DNA of 64,000 nucleotides, taken from positions 804,807-868,806 of the forward strand of contig NW_005434655.1 in assembly GCF_000315625.1 (NCBI RefSeq). Direction: 5' to 3'. Below, piece after piece: positions 1-11,169 of this stretch; position 1 is the stretch's first letter; each line of letters begins with the position of its first letter. The position numbers and the translations under genes are program-made. Source of the DNA: Guillardia theta CCMP2712 (taxonomy: Eukaryota > Protista > Cryptophyta). The notes under the pieces were generated by a model. The model saw nothing but the letters and a program-made list of their open reading frames with translations. It was not told the origin of the DNA and made no database searches.

Positions 1-491
1 GGGTAGTCTTAAGCAGATATGGGTGCTTCTGGACCCCAGACGGCAAGCTATGCCCCCCTCAGGACTAATTGGATCTGGCCCACTGGGCCAGCCTTTGTAC
101 CAGAAGCATTATTGAGTAATTCAAGATCATGACGTAATGACGAGACGCTTGTGATGATCGGTGGCATCAAGTAAGATCAAGACGTCAGTGTGAAGGAACT
201 ACCTCACGCCCGCTGATCCTTGTCGGCTTACATGCCATCGTTCCTTCTCTGAGAATCGGCAGGGAACACGAATCATCACCAGGATCGCGTCCTTCAAAAG
301 GCGCCGGGCCCGCCACGCACCTGTGGAAGGAGGAGAGATGAGGGTTAGTGACGTGCGTAAGGCTGTGGAGATGAGGTAGTGTCAGAGTTGGTATCGGGGA
401 TGTATTTATTCAAGGCACTCTATCACATGATGCAAGGGAGGCTTCTGGGGGCCGCGACTCCCCTCTTTCTTCCCTCATCGATCTGTCGGCT

Positions 492-880
492 CTATCCTTG
501 CGGTCTGGAGTTCATTGCAACTACTTGAGAGTCGCGTGTCCACCCGTACTGTTTAAGTATAAATTCGTCTTCCACACGTTTCATTCTGAACTTGTAGAGA
601 TTCTCCTTTGGAACGACAAACACAATCTCAACCTTCCAGGTCCCCCCTTGCTCAATGCCCAAAGATTGCAGACACTCATACATGAACCGCAATTTAAGGT
701 CATGGGTCTCCGCAATGGTTACCTGTATGAAGCGCACCAACTTGTCATTCGAGTCCAAAATCACTGCATCATAGCCCCCCTGATTCCATTTCAACGGCTT
801 CAGGCACAACCTTGCTTCTCCTTGCTTCAGAGCCTTCTGGACTTCGCTTGCTTCAAGAGGTATTACGCTACACCGGAAGT
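492..880 (-). pseudogene. Crinkler (CRN)-like effector C-terminal restriction-endonuclease-fold fragment, 5'-truncated
   Basis: Translation LKPLKWNQGGYDAVILD...VRFIQVTIAETHDLKL...VEIVFVVP resembles the D...QxT PD-(D/E)xK-like core of CRN REase domains. The N-terminus runs into gypsy sequence. Confidence 0.6.
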
Positions 881-946
881 TCAAAGTTTGCCAGTCGTCG
901 TGCTGCTCGGACCGGCGGCTTGATTCTCTGACCTGAGGCCCAGTGT

Positions 947-3317
947 TTGATCTTTCCCTGGCATGCGGACTGGAACACGCTTCAGCCTCCTCCACCTGAG
1001 GATATGATGCCCTGGGCCATGGCGACCGTCTCCTCGCCTGTTTCTACCAGTTCGTTGGTCTCTCAGGTCGCCTCGTCGGACTCGCCGCTCGCAGCTCAGG
1101 CCTTGCAGGAGCTACTCGAGGATTTTTCCGATGTTCTGGTCGACGAACTACCAATCCAGCCACCTGTCTCGCGGGGGCAGTATGCCACCGACGTTGCGCT
1201 CCAGGAGGAGCTCGCTAAAATGATCGACTTCTTGTTGGCACGTGGCATCGAATGATTGAACGGAATAAAGGTCTTTCCTCTGAAGGAGTCCCTCAATTTC
1301 GTTTTTGTATTGATTATCGAGGAGTCAACAATCACCTTCTCGACGACAGTTTTCCGCCTCCCGTCCCTACCGAGCTCATGGAACGGATCGGGCGGGTGCT
1401 CTCGCAGCGTACTGAGTCCAGTACGGATACCCTATACTTCAGCAAGCTAGACATGGCTTCTGGGTTCTGGCAGCTAGCTCTCACTCCTGACAGCTCTCAA
1501 CTTGCCAATACACTGGGTTTGTTACTGAACAAGGATCCTACCGTACCAATTCCGCGCTCTGCCCTTTGGTCTGAAAACGGCCACAGCTGCCTTCCAGAAG
1601 TTCTCACAGGGCATCCTCGCAGGTATGGCCAACGTTTTAGTCTACGTCGATGATGTCTTACTCTTTTCCATGGGTAATCCTCGTTCACACCTACAGCAGG
1701 TGCGTCTCCTACTGGAGCGCCTCCGCCACCACCAGGTCTTCGTTAAACGGAGCAAGTGTGTGTTTCTTCAGACGCAGATCAGTTTTCTCGGATACACTTT
1801 GAATGCGCGTGGGATTGCACCCGAAGCTAGCAAAGTCACGTGCTGCCATCGAAGATTTTCCGAGTCCGCCTCCTGCATACTTGTACTACGCCTTGCACAT
1901 GATGATGCCGGCCATGTTGGTTCTGACAAGACCTACCTCTCACTTGTTGCCCGGCCGGTTGAAAGTCTACTGGAATAACATGAAGCGTGACGTCGAAAAT
2001 TACGTGCATTCCTGCCTCATTTGCCAGGCTGCGAAGAACTACAAACAGAAACCCATCGGTTTGCCCAAGAGTCATGACGTTCCTGCTGACAAATTTGACA
2101 GTTACGTCATCTCCGTCGATCTACATAGCGGACTTCCGACTACCTCCCAAGGTCATGATTCTCTCTTCGTCATGTTGGACTCGTTCTCGCAACATGTCAC
2201 GCTGGCTCCAACTCACAAGTCTGCTACGACCCAGGAACTTGTGGATTTATTTCTCCAATACTTCTATCGCACTCGTGGTCTTCCTGCTGCGATCCTTTCG
2301 GATAATGGGCCAAATGTCTCCTCGCATTTTTGGGATACAGTATTTCAGACGCTAGGCGTTCAGGCCAGTACGCCACTCTTCCAAGTACTATCCCCAGGCC
2401 AATGGTCGCGTTGAACGGATCAATGCATGCTCCGCACTAAACTCGCTCAGGGTTCCTCTGAATGGACAGTCCATCTTCCATTCATTGAGTTTGCCCTCAA
2501 TCATGCCCCCCGTAGTGGAATACGGCAAGAATCCGCGCTCAGTTATGGACTTGACCCTTGATCAGGTTCTTCCTCAAGCCCGCACGACTGTCGACAACAT
2601 CCGTGCAGGTGAAAACCTTAATCGAGATACCTTGGCCTCGATCGCCAATCGAGCAGAGACGCGTCTACTTCCTTCGAGTCTCGCCGCCCGCCGCCGCTTC
2701 GCTGGCAAGTGAAAGTTGGTGATTTGGTCTGGATCGACGCGCGTTTATTCAATCAGCAGTTTGAAATTCGCAAATTTCGAGATCGATACATTGGTCCTTT
2801 CCCAATCACCGAGGTTTGCAACAACAACAATTATCGAGTCACTCAGTTGATGTTCGCCAGCGCTTCCCTCGCATGGATCAAGATGTTTTTAATGCCAAGT
2901 TCCTACGCCCCCATGTGCGCAGGAAAGATCATTTGCAACAGCCTGTGGTTTCCCAACCTGTGCGAAGCAATATCTGGTTCGTTGGAAGGGATTTTCCTCC
3001 GCCGACGACACTTGTCGGAACCTGTTGCCCATCTCTCGCGTACACCGGGGCTCCGTCAGTTGCTTCAGAAATATGAACAGCATCGCACGCGTCAAGATGC
3101 TTCTGCTTCTTCTCATGGCCCGCAGCGGCAACGTCGTGCGCCTCTTCAATTAGGATTTTTACGTGCTGCGCCTGGAGCGTGTCAGAGGAAAAACAGATTT
3201 GACAAGGCTGAGAAAGCGAAGTTTTCTGAGTCCGGAGCACTCCAAGAAAGCGCAGAGAAGAGCGTGTCAGAGCTCATAGGAACCGAGCCCGAGTCAGACA
3301 AAGGCCTATCAGGATGA
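947..3317 (+). mobile_element. Degenerate Ty3/gypsy LTR retrotransposon pol (RT, integrase), frameshifted
   Basis: RT motifs RFCIDYRGVN, FSKLDMASGFWQL, VYVDDVLLFS, KRSKCVF. Integrase HHCC (AHDDAGH...CLIC) and core (SVDL, ILSDNGP). Downstream GDLVWI...YIGPFPITEV. Motifs are spread over several frames. Confidence 0.92.
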
Positions 3318-3319
3318 AA

Positions 3320-3634
3320 GGACAGTTGGCTGTCTCGTACTCGTGTTCGAAGCTGACTTCTCCTGGATGACCCAGGATACTAGCATGGTATCCTCTCGAA
3401 GGTCAGAAGGGATGCTTGTCAACTTCCAAGGACAGGACACCCCTCCTTTCTGGAGCCAAGAGACGACACCCCTGGCTCATTCCTCGAAGCTATAAAAGGA
3501 AGAAACTCGTCAGAGCTAGGTGGTCCTCTTCCCCTTTCGTGTGTGTCCACGATTGTGTGTGTGTGTGAAAGAAATAAAAGAGAGTTAGATCTCCTTCTGT
3601 TTCACCGCTTTCCCTCTTAGTAGAGAAATCCAAC
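3320..3634 (+). mobile_element. Probable 3' LTR of the gypsy element
   Basis: Lies directly after pol. TATA-like TATAAAA at ~3491, AATAAA at ~3573, ends near ...TCCAAC. No matching 5' LTR was recognised. Confidence 0.4.
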
Positions 3635-3638
3635 GTGA

Positions 3639-3838
3639 GTTCTTATTGAACTGCGCTTGAAGGTCCACTCGAGAATCTTCGAGGTGTGACACATTCACTA
3701 GAACCTGTGGAAATTGCGCAAGCCACTACAGAGACAATGTTCTTATTGAACTGCGCTTGAAGGTCCACTCGAGAATCTTCGAGGTGTGACACATTCACTA
3801 GAACCTGTGGAAATTGCGCAAGCCACTACAGAGACAAT
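3639..3838. repeat. Perfect 100-bp direct tandem duplication
   Basis: GTTCTTATTGAACTGCG...CAGAGACAAT occurs at 3639-3738 and 3739-3838. Confidence 0.95.
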
Positions 3839-4022
3839 ACATTGTGACATCACGAGATTGGACAGTGCAGCATGTGGCTCTTCAAAGGCCCAAAGCTGAA
3901 CCATAACGTTTCTGGGAAAGTTGATGCCGAAGTTGATTCTAAATTGCGTAAGGATTGAGTCTTGATACATCGCTGTCTTGAATTTTTATTTGACAGATTG
4001 AAATAAACTACTATTCTAGAAT

Positions 4023-4919
4023 TTACTGTGCTGGCATGGGTCTCGTTATCCTTCTTATTCTCTTCTTCCTTGTCATGGTGCTCTGTATGGTTGGTATGTC
4101 CAAAGTTGCCTTGTTGCTCGATTTGATGATAAGTTTGTTGCGCATAAGGCTTGACTCTTGCTTGCATTCTTCTGATTCTATACCCATGAGTATGTTCAGC
4201 TCTTCTTCGATGTCGTTGTCATCAAATTCGTCTTCATGGAAGCTCATCTTCTGTGATAGTATGTTGTTGATATCCTTTACGTCAGAGTGTGTCTCTTCCA
4301 GATCTGTCATGATATCGTCAACATCGGATAACTTCTTGTCAAGTCCCAGGTTCTTCATTGCCGTTGCGGTCGTCTTGACGGCTGAGATGAGTGTCTGGTC
4401 CAATTCCGAGTTGACGGTAGATGACCTCGAGGTGCTGTTCAAAGCTTTCCCTTTTCCTTACGAGCTGTGTCAACTTCATCCTCTTCTGTTTTGATTTGAT
4501 TAGGAGTGGTTTCAATGTAGCACGGTCTCTCGATTTTACTACTGCAGCAATCTCTGCTATCGTCATCCCGCCCAGGCTTAGCAGGTGAGTCAGCTCTGCC
4601 AAGCTGCCCCCTTTGCCCCAGGGTCCTCTCTTGGCTCGGCATCTGCTCACATGTACGGCTGTGAACGTGGCAGTGAAGTCCTCTCTTCCCTCCCAGAGCT
4701 TCTCCGGCCTTGTGCATTGCGGAGGAAGGAAACAGTCACCGGGATCTCATCAGCACTCGCTATCTCGGATCTATACGGAGCCTTCCACATGATCGCTTTA
4801 CTCTCTTGCACTGAGTCTACGATCAGTCCGATCTCTTCGAACTTCTTCTTCAGCTTGTCCTCGTGGTTCACATACACCGACGAGATCCCCAGGAGAGTCA
4901 TGGAGATGAAGGAAGTCAC
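4023..4919 (-). pseudogene. Divergent Snf7/ESCRT-III (Vps32/CHMP4-like) gene disrupted by an insertion and a frameshift
   Basis: Reassembled: LKKKFEEIGLIVDSVQESKAIM / TIAEIAAVVKSRDRATLKPLLIKSKQKRMKLTQL..ESFEQHLEVI / VNSELDQTLISAVKTTATAMKNL..LSDVDDIMTDLEE..DINNILS..DEFDDNDIEEELNIL. This follows the Snf7 helix pattern and acidic tail. Confidence 0.7.
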
Positions 4920-5331
4920 CTCGTTGCCTGCTGTGGCAGTGTATGTCTCGACCTTCCGAAGTTCTGCTTCTTAGCTTCCTCCATCTGTTGCATAAACCAC
5001 TCTCTGGATGCGTCACTCCATCCAGCTAAAGCTTGTTGTAGAAGCTCACGTCGTGCCTGCTGACATGTCGAGCGGATGGCTTCTGCCGCGGATAGCGTCG
5101 GGGGTGCATCCCTCCACAGCCTTGCAAGCCTGAGCTGTCCTGCTGTTAGGAAATCGCACAAGCTCGCCCTGCGTGTGTTGCGAACACTTTCATCATACTG
5201 AAGAACCATACTTAGAAAGCTGTTTGAACTATACAGACCTCTTGCTCGCAGCTTCCTTCGCGCCCTGGCGGCTTCCCCTACACCGCGCGTGCAGTGGGCA
5301 TGCCTCGGCGCTGCCTGCAGCTGCCTGACTA

Positions 5332-5404
5332 ATATACCCGGCGCTGCCTGATATACCCGGCGCTGCCTCGGTGATATACCCGGCGCTGCCTGATATACCC
5401 GGCG
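5332..5404. repeat. ~19-bp tandem repeat (GATATACCCGGCGCTGCCT) x ~3.7
   Basis: Directly visible, followed by TATATAAAAA at ~5416. Confidence 0.9.
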
Positions 5405-5579
5405 AGACCACGAAGTATATAAAAATATGGCAGAGGAGGGAGCAGAGCAGAAGCACGGCTGCCATAGGGGCCAGCCAAGTCGGGCCGAACTGCCAGGTCA
5501 CGAGACTAGAATGAGAGCAAGGTGATGAAGTAACAAGCCATGTAAACCTACCTAGCATTCTAATAAACTCAACAACTAC

Positions 5580-5636
5580 TAGGGTTTAGGGTTTAGGGTT
5601 TAGGCGCCGGGTAGGGTTTAGGGTTTGGGGTTTAGG
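5580..5636 (+). repeat. Interstitial telomeric repeats (TTTAGGG)n, partly degenerate
   Basis: TAGGGTTTAGGGTTTAGGGTTTAGG...TAGGGTTTAGGGTTTGGGGTTTAGG. Confidence 0.9.
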
Positions 5637-6700
5637 ACCAGGCCAGCAAGTCCACAAAGGCTTAGGTCAGAAAGGCTTCGTCGCTGTAGGGGCCAACGTC
5701 ATCTGGAGGCAGAGAGAGGTCGAGTGGATCATCTCCTCAAGTGGCCGCCCAGAGGCGAACGACGCGGGATTTCGAGCTTTCCGAGAGAGCGAAGCGATGG
5801 AGGGAGTACACCTGACTTTGTTCAGCGAGGACCCGAAGATCAGGGAGGCGCTCGCAGTCGAGTTGACAGCTGATCGATTCGTGTCCAGGAACAAGCTCAA
5901 GAAGGCATCGATGCAGAAGAAGAAGGCAGGCGGCATCTACCCGTGGACTGCCCGTGGACCCCTACCATCCCGAGAAAATGCCACTTTGAAGATAACCCCT
6001 ATTCTTCCCCCACCCACCATTCTTCTTCCCACAAATGAGGGTCCCCCAACCGGTCCTAAATTTGCACATTTGAAGCATCTGGCGAACTCAAATTGAAATT
6101 ATCAAAATACCCCCTATTACTATACTTTTGGAAGGGGTATCTCTCAGCTACCCTTCATTCAGATATTGAGAAGTTCGAAATTGATACCCCGATGAAAATA
6201 ATTGCAAAAGGTTTGAACCCCTACCCACCTCCAAGTACCCCTACCCCCTTGTTCAGACAGGCTCGATCTGCTGCCATGCCGGCAGCTCGCGGTTGCTGAG
6301 TGTTGCCCCTCCCCTCCCCTCCCCTCCCCTCCCTCCTGGACTCTTCTTCCTCTTCCTGGCCTCCTGTCGTCTACCGCTCTCGCCGCTCCTGTTCCTCTCG
6401 TCCTCTTGCACAAGGTGAGGCCGTTTGTCAGTTTAGTGAACCAGCGCTTTGCTCGGTCTGCTGCACCTGCTTTCTATAGCGCTTGTTGTCACTTTCTACC
6501 TGATCACAGCGTTGAAGAGCTGACCCTTGACACAAGGTCGTGCCCATTCTTCATTGAGGAAACGTATATCTCTCTCGTTGTGGAGAGATCAAGTGTTGCA
6601 TTGGGGGGTCTGTCTGTGGACGTATCTAGGCGATCTTCATGATAGCTTGAGGGGTACCTCGCACAGAACAAAGGAACACTTGAAACTACACGACTACAAG

Positions 6701-9700
6701 ATGGTATCGAGCCGCAGGAAAGACTTTGGGTGGATTGCTCGATACCTCTCTCGAAAATCCTCCTGGGTTTTGTTCAGCCAACCAGTCATCTTGATGGCTA
6801 TCTTCTGCTTGAGCTGCTCACTCAGAGTTGATAAGGTGGAGGCCGTGATAGCACCAGGGTCGAATGAGGGCTACTCCGGTTACAGCGGCGCATTTGGCTC
6901 GGGGTTGGAGCTGAAGACCGCATCCTCGAGTGCTAGGTTGCAGAGATCTCGGAGTGAGTCTGCGCTGGCCATGCTTGAACGGAAACTGTCCGGGTCCTCC
7001 ATGGGCCAGGCAGGTTCTGTTCCCGTTCCCGGAGAGCGAATCATGACCTTCAGTGAACTGTTTGCAAAACTTTCTCGCCCTGAGATGCTCGAGGGTGTGA
7101 GACCTGCATACATTAACTCCAACTCGGAGGCTCTGGACAGGAAGCAGCGGGAGAAGCTTGTTGTGATCTTGGTTGGTCTTCCTGCGAGAGGAAAGAGCTA
7201 CATTTCACATCGACTGGTAAATTACCTGAATTGGTATGGAATTCACTGCCGTCTGTTCAATGTTGGGGCATTTCGAAGGCAAAAGATGGCAGAAGATGCG
7301 ACCAAAGGCTCCCGCGCTGATTTCTTCAACAAGGACAACAGGGATGCAGCTCAGAAGCGAGAGGAACTAGCAGCTGAAGTTCTAGATCAACTTCTTGATT
7401 GGCTCGTCAACGGTGAGATCTTGACGTGGCGTCTGTTTCAGTCTGTGATGAGCTGATCAGGTGGAGGGAACCTTGCTATTTTCGATGCAACTAACACCAC
7501 GAGAGAACGAAGAAAGCGTGTGATTGAGCGCTGTCTCAAAGAGAAAGGGATACAGTGCATTTTTGTGGAGTCTATCTGCAATGATGCAAAGGTTGTTGAA
7601 GCCAATCTGGCAGAAAAGGTGACTCAGATTGACGCCCTTGTCTGTTTTTAAACTTTTCGTTGGAAGGTTCGACTCTCTCCTGATTTCAAGGGCATGGATT
7701 TCCACACCGCGATGAAGGACTTGAAAACAAGGATTGCGAATTATGAGGCAGTGTATGAAGAACTAGATGAAGCTGAAACTGACTCCACCGGGAAGAGCAT
7801 CAGCTTCATCAAGGTAATCCGATGGGCCTTCCTTGCGGATGCGATGTCAAGCTTTTGTTAGGTCATCAATCTCTCCTCCAAGGTCATTGCGAACAACGTG
7901 CACGGAGGCATCGCACGATCTGTGCTCACTTTCTTGATGAACCTCCACATTGTTCAAAGGCCCATATTTCTTGTACGTGCACCGAATGCAGATGGTCTCG
8001 AAGATCAAGAAACTACCTTTCCAGGCCTGCAGATGCCTGGAGGTATATGATGACAATATTATGCCTTTAGAAGAGGCTGACACTTTACTTTCTTTCAAGG
8101 TGTGTTGAAAGACATCTCAAAGCTGGATGGAAAAGAAGTTACTGAAGGAAGCGAGACTGACCTCCGAAACACGGGCAAGTACGATAGCCAAGTCGATCCT
8201 GTAAGGCGTAGAACTTCATACACGGATTTGTATGGAAGATATCAATCTTCCGAGATGAACACTCAGCCTATCGTCCAATTCGAGGATGAAAGATCGGCTG
8301 TTCTGGAACTGGCTGGTGAAGTGAATGTAGTCGTTGTGCGCAAAGGAGACAACACCTTGCCATGCTCGGTTCATTTTCAGACCGTGGATGGATCAGCAAA
8401 GGCAGGAATTCACTATGTTCATAATTCCGGAGTACTTAATTTTGCATCCTTGCAAAGCAGAGCTGAAATTAAGGTTCGATATGATCGAACTTGGGGACTT
8501 GTGGATTCTGACTTTCCTTCTTCCATTAGGTTATGATTATGGACTGCCAGAACTGCCATGAACCGGATGAAAATTTCTCTATTGTATTATCTGGAATCCA
8601 ACCTGCTGGTGTCAGTCTTGGGAGAAAGCAGCAATGCACTGTCACAATATTGAACGACGATGCAGGATTGCCAGAAAGACTTCGAATGGATTGGTCCAGG
8701 CTTCGATTCCCAGACTCGTCAAAATTGACAAGGGGACTCAATGATGGCGGCAGGGAGGTCGCAGATAGGCTGGGAGTTCTTCTTGAAGAGCAAGTCCAGG
8801 AGTTCTACATGAGGCAGCACAAACAAAAGTTGGAGAAGGTCAAAGTTGTACGAGATCTGTGCCAAGTCAAGCTGTTGGACATCCAAGAGGACATCAACAG
8901 CACCATTCATCGACGAGGTGTGGTGGAAGCAGCCATGCAGATCCAACACAGACTGGATGGAGAGGTAGTTGACTCGTCCAAGCGCGCGCTTCTGTTCTCT
9001 GAACCATATCACTCAGGGAAGCTTTGGAGGAGCCAAGATGCATCAAAACATCACCTCTACGATACGCTTGACTGGCCACCTGTACAACCGTCATCTTTTG
9101 GAGAAGGTGTTTCCCTAATTTTCTATTGTCGAGTTTGTGATCTTGGTCGATGAAGGCGCTTGATATCATCGAAGAAAAGCAAGGTCTTACTCGCAGTGTC
9201 GGGGAACCAGTAATGGGGGGTCACACGAATCGGCTATCGCAGATCACGTTAAAGGTTCTAGCTGCAGCTGTTGATGCGTGTTGATTGACTTGTTGATTTG
9301 AAGGTTCACTGCGTCCGAGCCAAGTCCGACATGAAAGAAATCATCAGCCGGATCAAGGAGATTTTCGAAGAAGATCGTTTGAAGTGAAATCCTTCCGAGT
9401 GACATTGGGTTCCCTCACTGGGTATGCAGACGGATAGAGGAAGGATGGGCAACAGAGGAATCTGAGATGGTGGAGGGAGTCGAAGTGAGTGTAGCTCTTC
9501 CCTTGTCATGTTGTTCGCTCACTAGAGGAACAAGGTCATCGAAGCTGCCAGGGACGTGGGGGAATTGGGGAAGCTGAAACAGGTGAACTTGGATCCTCTA
9601 CACTTGGTGGGACTGACAGGGAGACAGCGGCTGGATGAAAAGCAAGAAGCGTTGAAGGCCTGTGAGAAAGAGCTGGAGTGCGCCGAGGTAGCAGTGGGCT

Positions 9701-10853
9701 GCGATTGATTTTTCGAAGTTCATGCTGTTCCTCCTCGCAGAACACAGTCAAGGAGATGGAAGGGATGTCGGAAGAGCAGATACAAGAGTACTGCAGCAAG
9801 ACCTACGCGCCCCATGTGATTCTATGGCAATCTTGCGGGTCAGTCGCTGACTGGAGCCTGCCAGGTGTTCACGAGCACACTGCCGTTGGCTTCAGGAACT
9901 GGCAAGAGGCTCTTCCTTGAGGCAAGAACTGCCCCTTGTTGATGTCGCCGGGCTGACGTGCTACGCGTGCAGGAGGGTTACCATGAGGAGACGAGTGCGC
10001 TGAACATGGTGGACATCGGAGCTTGCCATGGCATGACCCTTGCCGAGCTCTATGACAGCATGTCAAAGGTGCCCTGCAGCCACTAGTGTTGTCCTCGGTA
10101 ACGCAAGTCCAGGACGCGATCAGGCAGTTCCTCGTCTCCCCTTACACGGCCAAGGTGCCGGGAGGAGAGTCGCTCAGGTCTGCTGGGCTCGTGCTGGAGG
10201 GTCTGACCGTCTGATCCTTGTGCATCTCGTCAGGGATGTTGTGAACAGGCTTGAGCCGTTTGTTGTCGATCGTATTGAGCGCCAGCGATCGCCTGTGGTT
10301 GTCGTTTCGCACCTGTCGACGCTGCAAGTCCTCTACCAATACTTCGTGGGAACAAGCTCGAAGACACCTTTTTGGAAGCTGCACATCCCGCATGGAAGGT
10401 AGACATGGAGGAAGCGGAGGGAGGTGGGAGGAGCAGGAGCAGGAGCAGGAGCAGGACGAAGAGGAGGTAGAGTTGTGGTGGAAGAGGATGAAGGGAGGAA
10501 GAGAAGGAGTGTCTAGGAATGGAAGGAGATTGTGACGGCAAGGTGATGACTGTTTGGGTCTTTTCAGTGTGATCCAGCTCGTGCCGCATCTCTTCGGCTT
10601 CGAGGAGAGGAGGTGAGAAGAGCAAAGGAGAGATCGAGGAAGGTATGACTCCCGTGCTATCAGATTCACGTTCCGATCGGAGGGGATGAAGAGGATAGAG
10701 AGCGACTCAGCGGTAAGCTGATAACTTGTGTTATTGCTCGTTCAATACTCACTTCCTCCTCCTCTCTTCCTCCTTGCCCCCTCCTCTGACTTCCTCCTCC
10801 ACCTCCACCTCTCCTTCCCTACAGGCTGTCCACATGTCGTCACATTGGGAGTG
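6701..10853 (+). CDS. 6-phosphofructo-2-kinase/fructose-2,6-bisphosphatase family protein with inserted Calx-beta domain (multi-exon)
   Basis: Kinase P-loop VGLPARGKSYIS, FNVGAFRR, AIFDATNTTRERR, FVESICND. Linker LMNLHIVQRPIFLV. Phosphatase-like parts VFTSTL, LNMVDIGACHGMT, PGGESLRDVVNRLEP, VVVSHLSTLQ. Calx-beta at ~8270-8660. Confidence 0.9.
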
Positions 10854-11169
10854 ACACCAAACTATTGTACAGTAATGCTTCTGTCTCTGTTAATTTTTCT
10901 TCACTTGAAAAGAATAACTCGATCTGTCTCCCTCTCCCTGCACTACAGCCCCTCCTTCCCGCTACACTTTTCCCTTCCGATGGTACATGCTCCCCTGCAT
11001 GTGCTCTTCTGGTACAAGATGGGCATCAAGTTGCAGACGAGGCAGAGGGACGAGGACGAGGATGGAAAGAGGAAGAGAACAAGGAGGGGGTCAACGAAGA
11101 GAAGGAGGACGACAACGAGGAGGAGGAAGAGGAGGAGTGGAACGAAGAGGAGGAGGAGGAGGAGGAGAA

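Noticed and set aside
1-480. 5' LTR of the gypsy element
   Set aside because: No visible similarity to the 3.3-3.6 kb candidate LTR.
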